Shown here one piece after another: positions 49,485 through 60,246 of a DNA stretch of 64,000 bases (positions within the stretch are counted from its first letter, which is position 1; each line of letters begins with the position of its first letter). Below the pieces are notes generated by a model, which was not told where the DNA came from, made no database searches, and was given only the letters and a program-made list of their open reading frames with translations. The position numbers were made by a program, and so were the translations under genes. The DNA lies in contig JBBRSP010000023.1 of the NCBI GenBank assembly GCA_038245295.1, forward strand, positions 23,957 to 87,956. The letters are read 5' to 3'. The DNA is from Candidatus Binatia bacterium (GTDB lineage Bacteria; Desulfobacterota; Binatia; HRBIN30).

Positions 49485-51473
49485 ATGTTGCGTGTTTTTG
49501 TCCTGAGAAATCTGCTCCTTTGTTGCGTACTTGAACTCTCGACGCTGGTTGTTGGCGTCGGTCGCGCACAAGCAGTGGGAGAATCGGTCAACGGTTTTCC
49601 GAATTGGGCCGAGCGAGTCCTGCACGAGTGGGCCAATCGCGCTCGCGTCGATCCTCAGCTCGAGATGACGGCCTGTGGCATGCCTTGCAAGGAGAGCGCC
49701 TGTTACCAGGTGATGCCGCCGCTGATGTGGAATCAAGCCTTAAACCACGCGGCGCGCTTTCATTCCGACGAGCTGATCAAGCAGGGCTACTTTGCCCACA
49801 ACTCCGCTTGTACGGTCGTTCCCAACATCGACAGTCTCTATCCGACGTCGTGCGACGGCTCGGCCTCCTGTGCGTGTGTTGGCGGCGTCAAAGCTTGTTC
49901 ATCGACGTGCACCGGATTCGCTCAGCGCGTGCAACTCTTCGGCGGTTCCCCGAGCGGCGAAATCATCGCCTCGCCGAGCGACCCGGACCAAGCCTTCTAC
50001 CTTTGGCTCTTCGAGCCCGGAAATACCTCGACATGCCAATTTACCTCGGCGAACGGTCATCGCTGGTTGATCCTGCAATCGAGCGCGGCCGTTGGCTTCG
50101 GCGTCGCCGGCTATTCGACGGGTGATTTCGGCGCTGGCGTTCTACCGACCAAGATTCCGTCCGGCTCGCACTACCCGCAGCAAGCCGCTTCGGTCGATGT
50201 GTGGGCCAACTGGTACGATAGTGCCGGGCCGTCCGTTGCCGCCGTCAATGTCGACGGCGTTTGCTCACCGATGACCCTGCAACGCGGGACGTTGACCAAT
50301 GGCGCCTGGTCGGCGACCGTAAGCGGCGTCGCGTCAGGCTGTCACCGCTATTCCTTTAGCTTCCTTGATGCTGCCGGAGCCGTGGTGAACTATCCGACGA
50401 CAGGGTCGTTGGCGATCGGTAGCGGCGCAAGTTGCCCCGATTGGGACATCTCGCAGCCGCCGGCCTGTGCTGCCGGCACACCCGGAACGCCGACGCCGTC
50501 ACGGACGAATACCCTGAGCCCAACGCCGACGCCAACTCCTTCAGCGACCCTGAGCCCGAGCCAGACGGCGACTCGCACGCCGACACTCACAGCCACCGCG
50601 ACGAGCACCCCCAGCAACACGCCGACCAGAACCGCGACGGCAACGTCAACCGCGACAGGGACGCCGACTTCGACGCGAAGTCCCACCACGTCGGCGACGC
50701 CGACGCGCACGCCGTCGAACAGCCCGAGCACGACGCCGACGCAGAGTGCGACGCCGACGAGATCGAGCACCAGCACCCGAACGGCAACCCTCACCTCGAC
50801 GCCGACGGCAAGTTTGACGGCGAGCCCAATCCCGACAGCTACGCCGACGCCGTCGGCCACCACCACCGTGACGGCAACCGCCACTACCACCCCGTCGTTT
50901 GCGCTGTTTGGAATCAGCGGTCACATCTATCATTTCGGGAATCTGCAACCGGTACCGAATGTCGAGGTCGCCTTCAGCGGCCCGGCCGGCGCCGGCAGTG
51001 TGTTCACCGACAGCGGCGGTCGTTACGACATCCCCGACATTGGCGGCGCGGCATGGAGCATCGTACCGCGGAAGTTGGATACCAACGCGGCGGCGGCGGT
51101 CTCGTCCATCGATGCAACCATCGCCCTGCAAACGGCAGTGGGCTTACTCGCCCCGACCTCCGAGCGCCGGCTGGCCTGCGACAGCAACGGTGATGGTAGG
51201 GTGTCTGCGCTCGATGCATCGATCATCCTGCGCTGGCGCGTCGGTCTGATTGGTGCACTGCCGGTTGTGGGTGTGGCGATGTGCAACTCAGCCTGGGTGT
51301 TTGTGCCGACGCCGACCTCGGCCCGGAACCAAACTTTCCGCGATCCTGTTCTGTCTGGCTCGGCGTGCGCCATGGGCGCGATCGACTTCAGCCCGCTGAT
51401 CGAACAAGCGGATGGCCAGGATTTCCTCGCCGCGCTCCTCGGCGACTGCAATGGGTCGTGGGCGGCGCCTTGA
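49485..51473 (+). CDS. Secreted CAP/SCP-domain protein with Thr/Pro linker and dockerin-like module
   Basis: Signal peptide ending AQA; N.AR...PL.WN..L..AARFHS......YFAH; GE.IA; GHR; CDSNGDGRVSALDASIIL. Confidence 0.8.
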   Translation: MLRVFVLRNLLLCCVLELSTLVVGVGRAQAVGESVNGFPNWAERVLHEWANRARVDPQLEMTACGMPCKESACYQVMPPLMWNQALNHAARFHSDELIKQGYFAHNSACTVVPNIDSLYPTSCDGSASCACVGGVKACSSTCTGFAQRVQLFGGSPSGEIIASPSDPDQAFYLWLFEPGNTSTCQFTSANGHRWLILQSSAAVGFGVAGYSTGDFGAGVLPTKIPSGSHYPQQAASVDVWANWYDSAGPSVAAVNVDGVCSPMTLQRGTLTNGAWSATVSGVASGCHRYSFSFLDAAGAVVNYPTTGSLAIGSGASCPDWDISQPPACAAGTPGTPTPSRTNTLSPTPTPTPSATLSPSQTATRTPTLTATATSTPSNTPTRTATATSTATGTPTSTRSPTTSATPTRTPSNSPSTTPTQSATPTRSSTSTRTATLTSTPTASLTASPIPTATPTPSATTTVTATATTTPSFALFGISGHIYHFGNLQPVPNVEVAFSGPAGAGSVFTDSGGRYDIPDIGGAAWSIVPRKLDTNAAAAVSSIDATIALQTAVGLLAPTSERRLACDSNGDGRVSALDASIILRWRVGLIGALPVVGVAMCNSAWVFVPTPTSARNQTFRDPVLSGSACAMGAIDFSPLIEQADGQDFLAALLGDCNGSWAAP

Positions 51474-51613
51474 ACCGTCGCCCGCGCCTCCGCGGTTGGC
51501 CTCGCCTCCGTTGACTCCGAACCGTTTAGGGGGTTTCTGCTTCTGCTGAATCACAAATCGGCAGAGACCGAGGCAGGGGCTTGGGCTCAGTCTCAGGTTT
51601 GGAGGAGACACGC

Positions 51614-52591
51614 ATGGAATACGGACTACAGATCGGCAACTTGGAGTTCCCACGTATACGCGAAGTGGCGCAAGCCGCCGAGCAACTGGGCTACGGCGCG
51701 GTGTTTGTGCCGGATCACGTCGTGCCCGAGGGCCCGGAGCGACAGTTCGACCCGCATCACCTTTCGTATGAGGCGATGGTCCAGGTGGCCGTGCTAGCCG
51801 AAGCGACGAGGAAGATGCGCGTCGGGCATCTGGTTCTGTGCAATCTGTTCCGCCATCCGGTGATCACCGCACAGGGACTCACGGCCCTCGATCACTCGAG
51901 CAACGGTCGCTTGATTGCCGGCCTTGGCTCCGGGTGGACGGAGCGGGAATTCAAGATGACCGGCATCGCTTTCCCCGACATCACGACGCGCCTGCGCATG
52001 TTGGACGAGGCGCTGACCAGTATCCGATCCCTGTGGACCAACGAGGAGACGACGTTGGACGGCGAGTTTTATAAGCTCACCGACGCGATCCTATGGCCGA
52101 AGCCCATCCAGAAGCCGCATCCACCGATCTTGCTGGGTGGTGGTGGCAAGGGCCTGCTGCGCGTCGCCGCCAAACACGCCGATATCGTCAACATCATCTC
52201 TGACGCCGGCAAGCCCGGGTACATTTCGTTGGCCAACATCGCAAAGCTCACCGACGACAATTTCCGCTCCAAGGTGGCCTTCTTACGCGAGGAAGCCAAA
52301 CGTGTCGGTCGCGATCCCCAGTCGATTCAGATCAGCAATGTGATTTTCCAGACGATCATCACCGACTCGCCGCCAGCCACCCAGTCGATGGCCGAAGCGA
52401 TGGCGCCGATGTTCAACACGACCCCGGAGGGGATGATCCACTCACCGCTCGCCCTCATCGGTACGCCGGAGCAGTGTATTGCCGAGCTCAAACGGCGCAC
52501 CAAGGTGTGGGAGCTCTCACAAGTGGTGTTCTCATACTCCGGCGACGGGAACTTGCGTCGACTAGCGGAAGAGGTGCTGCCGAACGTCTGA
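51614..52591 (+). CDS. LLM class flavin-dependent (possibly F420) oxidoreductase
   Basis: PDH, RHP..TA....LD..SNGRL..GLGSGW, PKP.Q.PHPPI..GG; RBS GGAGG. Confidence 0.92.
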   Translation: MEYGLQIGNLEFPRIREVAQAAEQLGYGAVFVPDHVVPEGPERQFDPHHLSYEAMVQVAVLAEATRKMRVGHLVLCNLFRHPVITAQGLTALDHSSNGRLIAGLGSGWTEREFKMTGIAFPDITTRLRMLDEALTSIRSLWTNEETTLDGEFYKLTDAILWPKPIQKPHPPILLGGGGKGLLRVAAKHADIVNIISDAGKPGYISLANIAKLTDDNFRSKVAFLREEAKRVGRDPQSIQISNVIFQTIITDSPPATQSMAEAMAPMFNTTPEGMIHSPLALIGTPEQCIAELKRRTKVWELSQVVFSYSGDGNLRRLAEEVLPNV

Positions 52592-52744
52592 AGCAAACGG
52601 AAACGAAGACCCGTGGTGGCATTGTGGTCGCTGCGGGTCTAACGTAGTTCTCCTTGAACTCGTCGAGCGACTCACAGCGCCAGGGATGGAGTGCCACTGC
52701 CGAGCTGGCACGGGGCCGGCTATGCCGCGAAACGGTTGGGCGTG

Positions 52745-54751
52745 ATGGCAGATCCAAAAGCTGACGATTCGGGCGTGCGTCGCCCCGACGAATCCAAAGA
52801 TCCGAACAAGGTGGGTCCGAACCGTTTCCTCGGCCGGCCCCAACCCTGGTGGTTGATCTTTCTTGCGGTTGTCGTCGGGCACTACGTCTTGATGCGTGTC
52901 TTTTTCCCGCAGCCCGAGGCGGTAACCATCCCCTACACGATGTTCAAAGAGCAGATCGTTGCCGGCAACGTCGAACGCGTTACCAGTGCCGGCGATGCCA
53001 TCTCGGGGACATTCAAGAAGGAAGTGACCTACCCGCTGCCCAAGGGGGATGCGCCAAGCGCGACACCGACAGTTTCCTTTCTGGGTGATGCGGATGGTCC
53101 CCATACTTCCCTACGCTTCCATACCCAGCGGCCGGTCTTCGCCGATCCGGGACTCGAAACCCTGCTGCTCGAGAAGGGCGTTCAGATCGATGCGGTCGAC
53201 GAGCGTGGTTCGTCTCTGTTCGAGTTGCTGGTCAGCTTTGGGCCGACGTTGCTGCTGATCGGTGCTTTCGTTTGGGTCAGTCGCCGCAGTGCCTCCGCCG
53301 GCGGCGGGCTGTTTGGTCTCGGCCGCAGTCGCGCCAAACGCTACAATGAAGGACAACCCAAGGTGACCTTCGATGACGTGGCGGGCATCGACGAGGCGGA
53401 GAACGAGCTTGTCGAAATCGTCGATTTCTTGAAGAACCCGGCGAAGTACACGCGTTTGGGCGGCACTGTCCCCAAAGGTGTGCTGCTGATCGGCGCGCCC
53501 GGGACGGGTAAGACTCTCCTCGCCAAAGCGATTGCCGGGCAAGCCGGCGTTCCGTTCTTTAGCATGAGCGCCTCCGAGTTCATCGAGATGATCGTTGGCG
53601 TCGGTGCGTCGCGAGTGCGTGACCTGTTCAAACAGGCCCGCGAAGCGGCGCCGTCGATTATCTTTATCGACGAGCTCGATGCCATTGGCCGCACGCGCGG
53701 CAGCGGCGCACAGCTCGGTGGACACGACGAACGTGAGCAGACGCTCAACCAGATTCTCACCGAGATGGATGGCTTCGACGCACGCGAGGGGGTCATCGTC
53801 CTGGCGGCGACGAACCGCGCCGACGTGTTGGACCAGGCCCTGCTGCGACCGGGCCGCTTTGACCGGCGTGTTGTTGTGCAGCGCCCCGATCGTCCGGGTC
53901 GCGCCGCGATTCTCAAAGTCCATACGAAGAACGTTCCGCTCGCGGCCGACGTATCGCTTGAACGTATCGCCATGGAGACCCCCGGCCTGGTCGGCGCCGA
54001 GCTGCGTAATCTAGTCAATGAAGCGGCGTTGCTGGCCGCCCGTAAGGGACAAAACGAAGTCGGTGCCGAAGATTTCGCCGAGGCCATGCAGAAAATCACC
54101 CTCGGCCCGGCAAGGCATATCCTGCTCAACCCCGCCGACCGAAAACGCACCGCGTATCATGAAGCGGGGCATGCGTTGCTTGGACTTCTGGTGCCACATA
54201 GTGATCCGGTGCACCGCGTCTCGATTGTGCCGCGCGGCATGGCACTGGGTGTCACCTACCAGTTGCCGGTGGACGACCGCACCAACTACGCCGAAGATTA
54301 TCTTCGCGCCCGCATCACTAGCGCCCTCGGCGGTCGTGCTGCCGAGAAACTGATCTATGGAGTCGTCACCACGGGGGCTGAGAACGACCTGCAACAGGTG
54401 ACCGAGATCGCCCGCCACATGGTCCTGCGCTGGGGTATGAGCGAGCAGCTCGGGCCAATCAGTTTCGTCAGTCCGCAGGATGCGGGATTGCCGCCGGCGT
54501 TCCAGCATCAGCCCTACAGTGAGGCGACGGCGGTGCTCATTGATGCCGAGGTTCGTCGCATCGTGGAGGAGTCGCACCAGGAAGCCGATCGCCTCCTGGC
54601 CGCCAACCGCGACAAGCTCGAGACCCTGGCCCAGGCTCTGCTCAAAGCCGAGTCACTCAACGGCAAAGAGATTCTCGAGGTTACGGGCCTCACGGCACAG
54701 CCGACCGACGGTGATTCGATTCCGCCCCAAGACGAGTCGAACCTCCTGTAA
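52745..54751 (+). CDS. ftsH: ATP-dependent zinc metalloprotease FtsH
   Basis: 2 TMs, [27 protein letters not shown]. Confidence 0.97.
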   Translation: MADPKADDSGVRRPDESKDPNKVGPNRFLGRPQPWWLIFLAVVVGHYVLMRVFFPQPEAVTIPYTMFKEQIVAGNVERVTSAGDAISGTFKKEVTYPLPKGDAPSATPTVSFLGDADGPHTSLRFHTQRPVFADPGLETLLLEKGVQIDAVDERGSSLFELLVSFGPTLLLIGAFVWVSRRSASAGGGLFGLGRSRAKRYNEGQPKVTFDDVAGIDEAENELVEIVDFLKNPAKYTRLGGTVPKGVLLIGAPGTGKTLLAKAIAGQAGVPFFSMSASEFIEMIVGVGASRVRDLFKQAREAAPSIIFIDELDAIGRTRGSGAQLGGHDEREQTLNQILTEMDGFDAREGVIVLAATNRADVLDQALLRPGRFDRRVVVQRPDRPGRAAILKVHTKNVPLAADVSLERIAMETPGLVGAELRNLVNEAALLAARKGQNEVGAEDFAEAMQKITLGPARHILLNPADRKRTAYHEAGHALLGLLVPHSDPVHRVSIVPRGMALGVTYQLPVDDRTNYAEDYLRARITSALGGRAAEKLIYGVVTTGAENDLQQVTEIARHMVLRWGMSEQLGPISFVSPQDAGLPPAFQHQPYSEATAVLIDAEVRRIVEESHQEADRLLAANRDKLETLAQALLKAESLNGKEILEVTGLTAQPTDGDSIPPQDESNLL

Positions 54752-55041
54752 CCGTCCACGTTGTAGGGGGCTCGTCTCCTTGCCCCGGTATTCCAAAATG
54801 ACTAACCAACGTTCTCACGCCTGACATTGCCCACGAGGCCTGGATCATAGTAAGGACGTTGCACGTGCACCTCAGGCGGTGTGTCCCTGGGGCGTTTGCC
54901 AATGGCGAGAATTCGGCGCCTTGGCATTCCGGAAATTGCGCTGGCGAAATAAACTTCTCTCCGGATTGCGGAAAGCGCGCCGCTAGGCCTGAGGGTTGCT
55001 TGATCGAGAGTCGGCTATGATAGCCGAAGGAGGAACCGAAG

Positions 55042-55353
55042 ATGCGAAGACTAGGGCAGGGGATTCTGGCGTTGTGCTTGGTTGGCACACTGGGGCACGC
55101 GGCCATGGCGGCCGACGCCAAGGCGCTCTTCGAGAAGAAGTGCAAAGTTTGCCACAGCATTGCCGGTGATGGCGGTGCCAAGAAGGAAGTTGGCGGTCCA
55201 CTCGATGGCGTTGGCAAGAAGCGCGACGAAGCGTGGCTGCGCGCCTACTTTGCCGATCCGAAGTCGAAGATTGAAACCTCCAAGATGCCGAAGATGAAGC
55301 TCGAAGACGATGAGTGGGATGCACTCGTCGCCTACATGCTTTCGCTGAAGTAG
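55042..55353 (+). CDS. Monoheme cytochrome c
   Basis: Signal peptide, CKVCH, MP; RBS GGAGG. Confidence 0.92.
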   Translation: MRRLGQGILALCLVGTLGHAAMAADAKALFEKKCKVCHSIAGDGGAKKEVGGPLDGVGKKRDEAWLRAYFADPKSKIETSKMPKMKLEDDEWDALVAYMLSLK

Positions 55354-55534
55354 ACGAAAAGACTGTGGCTCGACAGACCTGGCGGAAGCGTCGCTCAGGC
55401 GCGCTCTTCAGGTCTGTCGGGGGCATGTCCTCGGGTTCGCCGCTGCGCTTCCTTCGCCGTAACACGAGCGATGGGTGCGCCCTTACTTGCCTGGACGTTA
55501 CCGGACCTTCCGTCGTCGGCGGATTCTGATCACC

Positions 55535-57044
55535 ATGAAGCTACCGCGCACTTGTCATAACCGCATCAGCTACGTTGGCGCCAGCATCGCCATCCTGGCG
55601 TTGATGGTTTTCATCTTTCTGTTGATTCTCGACGCCTTGTCGCCGAACGCCCGCGCGCCTTACGCCGGCTTGTTGACCTTCATGCTGGTGCCGGCCTTCT
55701 TGCTGTTTGGGCTGGTACTGATTCCGATCGGCATGGCGCGCGAGTGGCAACACCTTCAGCAAACGGGCCGCCCCTCGATCGAGACGTTTCCGGTTGTTGA
55801 TCTTAACGTGCCGTACCACCGCAACGCCGCGATCATCTTCGTCGTCGGTTCGACGGTGTTGTTGTTCCTGACCGTCTTCGGGAGCTTCGAGTTATACGAG
55901 GTCACCGAGTCGGTCGCATTCTGCGGTACAACCTGCCACAGCGCCATGGAACCGGAGCACACCGCCTATAAAGACTCGCCGCATTCACGGGTGCGCTGCG
56001 TCGAGTGCCACGTCGGCGCCGGGGCCGAGTGGTACGCCAAGTCGAAGTTCCATGGGTTGTATCAGCTGTACGGCGTGCTGTTCGACTCGTTCGAGAGGCC
56101 GATTCCGTCGCCGGTGACGACCCTGCGGCCGGCGCAGGATACCTGCGAGCAGTGCCACTGGCCGGGCCACTTCTTCCCTGAGTTGTACCATCGCGACACG
56201 CACTTTTTGTTCGATGAGAAGAACACGCGATGGGACATCGATTTGTTGCTGCGGGTTGGTGGCGGCGGCCAGGAACAGGCTGATGCGCCGCGGGGCTCGC
56301 GGTCAATCCATTGGCATGTGAATCCGGACAACCAGGTCGAGTACATCGCCAAAGACACCAAGCGACAAGAGATTCCTTGGGTGCGCGTCACCGATCGCCG
56401 CACCGGCAAAGCAACCGAGTATTCCGCCGGTAAGCCGATGTCGGCGCAAGCGATCGCCGCCGCTTCGGTACGCACGATGGACTGTATGGATTGCCACAAT
56501 CGTCCGTCGCACCAGTATCGGCCGCCGGTACGGAGTGTGAACCTGGCGATGGCTGCGGGGCGCATCGATCCGGCGTTGCCGTTCATCAAGAAGAAATCGG
56601 TTGAGTTGTTGGCCGCGCCATACCTGACGCGTGAAGAGGCCGTGCAGCAGATCGATACCAATCTGAAGCAGTACTACCAGACGACATATCCCGAGGCGGC
56701 GCGCACGCAGGCGGAGGCGATCGCCAAAGCCTGAGTTGCAGGCGATCTACGGGCGCGACTTTTTCCCGCGCATGAAGGTGCGTTGGGATGCCTATCCCGA
56801 CAACATCGGTCACACCAACTCGCCAGGTTGCTTCCGTTGCCACGACGACGATCACAAGAGTCCGGACGGCAAAGTCCTGAACCGCAACTGTTCCCAATGC
56901 CACACAATTCAAGGGCAGGGGGGTGTCGGCGATTTCAAGAGAGCGATCAGCGCCACCGGCCTGACATTCGAGCACCCCGGCGATGTCGGTGACGTTTGGG
57001 AGTCGATGGCTTGCACCGAGTGCCACAAGGGTATCGATCCATAA
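55535..57044 (+). pseudogene. NapC/NirT-like membrane multiheme cytochrome c split by a frameshift at ~56731
   Basis: 3 TMs; CGTTCH, CVECH, CEQCH, CMDCH; TGA at 56732; +1 frame continues ELQAIYGRDFFP...CFRCH, CSQCH, CTECH. Confidence 0.82.
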
Positions 57045-57294
57045 CGCTTCGCCTACGCCCGAGCCGTTCCCCCCGCCTGGGCGATGGATCTTCTCGTTGA
57101 TGTGCTCTGCACGGCGATTGCCGGTGGGCTTCTGGTGGTCTTCAAACCGCCGCCTCCACAGCCGTCAGGTTGACAGTCCAGTGTCAGCTGCGCAGGGGGA
57201 GAGACCTTGCAACAATCCACGAACGCCGTGACTCGCGGCTTGTCCCCGAGGTTAGCGCCAGGGCGTAGGACCGGCCGCCAATGGAGTCGTTGAC

Positions 57295-58444
57295 ATGCTC
57301 CCACGACCTCCTCGGACAAGCGTCGGTAACGCCCTGCAAACCCTTGAGCTGAATGAAGCACGCTGGCAGGCGGTGCTGGCGACGGCGCGTGACGCGATCA
57401 TCAGCATCGATCGAAGCGGGCGGATTACCCTGTTCAACCAGGCGGCGGAAGGTATCTTCGGATACAGCGCCGAGGAAGTGACTGGCCAGAACGTCAAGAT
57501 GCTGATGCCCGCGCTGTACGCCGATCAACACGATCAGTATCTCGAAAACTACCGCACCACAGGTCGGCCTCAGGCGATCGGTCGCATCCGCGAAGTCGAG
57601 GCGCTCCGCAAGAACGGCGAAGTGTTCCCTATCGAGTTATCCGTTTCCGAGGCTAGGGTCGGACGTCAGCTGCTCTACAGCGCCATCATCCGCGACGTCA
57701 CCGAGAGGCGGCGAGCGCAAGCCCGGGGCGCCGAGTTGGAAGAGCTGTCGCAGCAGCGCGAGCGCCTGGCCGATATCGGTGCCATCACCGCCAAGATTGT
57801 CCACGACATCGGCAATCCGTTGGCCGGACTCTCGATTTAAGCGCAGCTCATTCTGCGGCGTGTGCAGCGCGGCGAGGTGAGGCCCGCGGAGTCGGTGAAG
57901 GGTCCGGTCGAACGCATGCTGTCGGCCGTCGAGCGACTCGACCATCTCGTCAAAAGAGTCCATGGCCTTTGCGCGCGAGCAACGTCTCGAGTTTAAAGAC
58001 GTGCAGTTGCCGCTATTCCTGCAGGACATCGTGGGCATGTGGCAACCGGTTGCCGCGGCGCGTGCCATCGACGTGTCCTTTGATACGACCGGTATCGAGA
58101 TGATTCGCGCCGACGAAGGACAGCTGAACCGTGTTTTCAACAACCTGCTCAAGAACTCCATCGAAGCGATCGATCACGGACCGGGACGGGTGGATGTTTC
58201 CATCGCCAGTCTGAACGATGAGTTGGTGCGGGTCTCCGTGGCGGATACCGGTCCGGGATTCCCCGACACGATCAAAGGATTCCGCCTCTTTGAGACAACC
58301 AAAGCGAACGGTGCCGGGCTCGGACTGGCGGTAGCGAAGCAAATCGTCCTGGCCCACGGCGGCGGGATATCCTCTGATCGGCTGTTGCCGCACGGCACCG
58401 TCTTCCGCGTAGATCTGCCGCGTCACGGCCCGGTGGCTCAATGA
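57295..58444 (+). pseudogene. PAS (FixL-like) histidine kinase with an in-frame TAA (57838) and a +1 frameshift (~57955)
   Basis: PAS; VHDIGNPL; LSI*AQLILRR; HATPase in the next frame (NLLKNS, DTGPG, GLGL). Confidence 0.85.
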
Positions 58445-58473
58445 GTACTATGGAACAGGAAGCGTCGTGCAGG

Positions 58474-58956
58474 TCAGTCGAGTACCTTCCCGAGGAACCA
58501 TGTCGGGGCCGTCGCGCCGAGCACCGGGTCGGAGAAGCCGAACTGCTCATACACGTGACGCGCCCGATGATTTGAGTCGAGTACTTCCAAAGTGAGTTTG
58601 CAGCACCCGCGGCGTCGCGCCTGTTCCTCGACGGCGCTGAGGAGAGCCCGCCCAATGCCGGTGCCGCGCTGCGCCGGCACGACGGCAAGGTCGTGGATAT
58701 TCATCAATGGCCGCGCCTGGAATGTCGAGAAACCAACGAAACACACGGCAACCCCAACAGCTTGCTCGTCGGCATAGGCGAGCAATACCAAGGTCGTCGG
58801 ATGCGCGTGCAGCGCCGGCACCAGCCGTTGGCGGACATCGGCGCTCAGAGGCAGGCCACCGCCGACCGGATCGGAGGCATAGGTGTCGAGCACGTCGACG
58901 ATCGCGGCCGCGTGTAGCGGATCGGTGAGGTCAGCCTGCAAGATGCGCAACTGCAT
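58474..58956 (-). CDS. GNAT family N-acetyltransferase
   Basis: NIHDLAV...RGTGIGRALL; CCKLTLEV...N..A...Y...GF. Confidence 0.92.
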   Translation of the reverse strand: MQLRILQADLTDPLHAAAIVDVLDTYASDPVGGGLPLSADVRQRLVPALHAHPTTLVLLAYADEQAVGVAVCFVGFSTFQARPLMNIHDLAVVPAQRGTGIGRALLSAVEEQARRRGCCKLTLEVLDSNHRARHVYEQFGFSDPVLGATAPTWFLGKVLD

Positions 58957-59038
58957 GCGGCGCTCATACGCCAGACGCAGTTTGAAGGGCAGGGTCCTCC
59001 GGCACTTTTACACTTGCGCTTTCGCGATGGACGCAACA

Positions 59039-59110
59039 GCCGACCGCCGTGGTTCAGCCGCAGGCCAAGCGCGCCATGCGAGGACCGTCGGCTCGAACCA
59101 CTTGTTGGGC
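59039..59110 (-). mobile_element. Degenerate attC site
   Basis: Minus strand GCCCAAC-AAGTGGTTCGAGCCGAC...GCGGCTGAACCACGGC-GGTCGGC (R' GTT changed to GGT). Confidence 0.6.
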
Positions 59111-59154
59111 ACAAAGTTCCAGTTCATGTGGGCTTGCCGGAAGTGTGGCCTGCC

Positions 59155-59618
59155 GTACGCCGGCTTTCGTGCATCGGTCTCAGCGTCGCCGAGCCGCCTG
59201 AGGTAATAGGACGCGTGGACGAACCGGTCCACGGACTGGTGGGAGCCGGGCAGTGTCTTGCTGCCATCAACGCCCTCGCAATAATTGTTCAGAGTGAGCT
59301 GCTTTTCATAGGTAGGGCTGTTCGTCATCACCTGGAACTTCCGGTCGTGGTGAATGACCACCTTGCCGTTCAAATACTTCATGATCGCGGAATCACCGCT
59401 AGGGTCGCTGAGCGAGACATGCACCGACGGTTGACCCGCACCGCCGGGCCGAAGTGGGCGGGCACAAAGTAAATGGGGTTGTCCTTCAGGCCCTCCACCC
59501 CCTCGGCCACCGCCGCGTAGTTCGACACGATGTATTGCAGCCAGGCCGCAAACGAGATCCGCGGCTTGTCCGCCGGCGGGCGTTCGCCGAAATCGGTCTC
59601 GGCCAGGTAGAGCATGTT
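59155..59618 (-). pseudogene. Internal, frameshifted fragment of a linear amide C-N hydrolase (choloylglycine hydrolase/penicillin V acylase family)
   Basis: LYLAETDFG..WLQY in one frame; H.SLSDPSGDSAI..Y..G...IHH....VMTNSP.Y..QL, LPG....DRF..ASYY in another. Confidence 0.75.
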
Positions 59619-59740
59619 CCTTGAGGGACGCGCCTTCGACGATGACCTTACCGGACACCACCTTGCCAGCGGTGATTTTCATGAAATCTGCCTACTCGGT
59701 ACCAGTTCCCTTGTCGAGCGTTGAAGACAGCGTCTGATCT

Positions 59741-59775
59741 GCCGAACGCAGAGCGTCAGGCACGGCCGCCGCGCC
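59741..59775 (-). mobile_element. Half attC site (R' side only)
   Basis: Minus strand ...GTGCCTGACGCTCTGC-GTTCGGC with no matching R'' arm. Confidence 0.4.
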
Positions 59776-60090
59776 AAGCTGGGCAGGTCTCTCGGTGATC
59801 TATCTTAACCCTTCTCTCCGCTTCTAAGGCATCTACGATCGTCGCAGCATACGCAGCCGCCGCCGCTGAGACAGATGGATCGTAACCCGGGGATGTCGCA
59901 CCTGCAGTCACATGAATCCGGCAACGGCACGGCTTCTGAACGTTGCTCGCATCGCAGAGTGGCGCGGTTGGAAACGGGGTGGGTGCCGCTGAAACGCTGC
60001 TTGGAGTCGGAGAACGAGTCGACGCAGCGTGGTCGCCGCCACAACCGACGCCGAATGCCACGACCACGATGAGCACGGCATGAAACGCAA
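59756..60090 (-). pseudogene. Cassette remnant encoding a lipoprotein-like peptide
   Basis: VLIVVVAFGVGC lipobox-like segment directly after the attC R' box; no clean start codon. Confidence 0.35.
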
Positions 60091-60096
60091 TGCACG

Positions 60097-60207
60097 CCTC
60101 AACGCCGCGGCTCAGGCGCGGCGGCCTAGTCCCACCGCGCGCCATTCGAAGCGAGGGCGAATCAAGGGAGCACGCTGCCCGCCGTCGCCTGCAGCCGTCT
60201 GTTCGGC
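60097..60207 (-). mobile_element. attC site
   Basis: Minus strand GCCGAAC-AGACGGCTGCAGGCGACGGCGG...CCGCCGCGCCTGAGCCGCGGC-GTTGAGG. Confidence 0.82.
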
Positions 60208-60246
60208 CTTTGGACGTCTCATTGGATCAGCCGCCACCATAGAGTT

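Noticed and set aside
56732..56800. Selenocysteine or stop read-through at the cytochrome TGA
   Set aside because: The heme-motif continuation is in the +1 frame. In-frame read-through gives no CXXCH motifs.
59008..59682. 224-aa ORF as a real gene
   Set aside because: It is a chimera of unrelated fragments that runs through an attC site.
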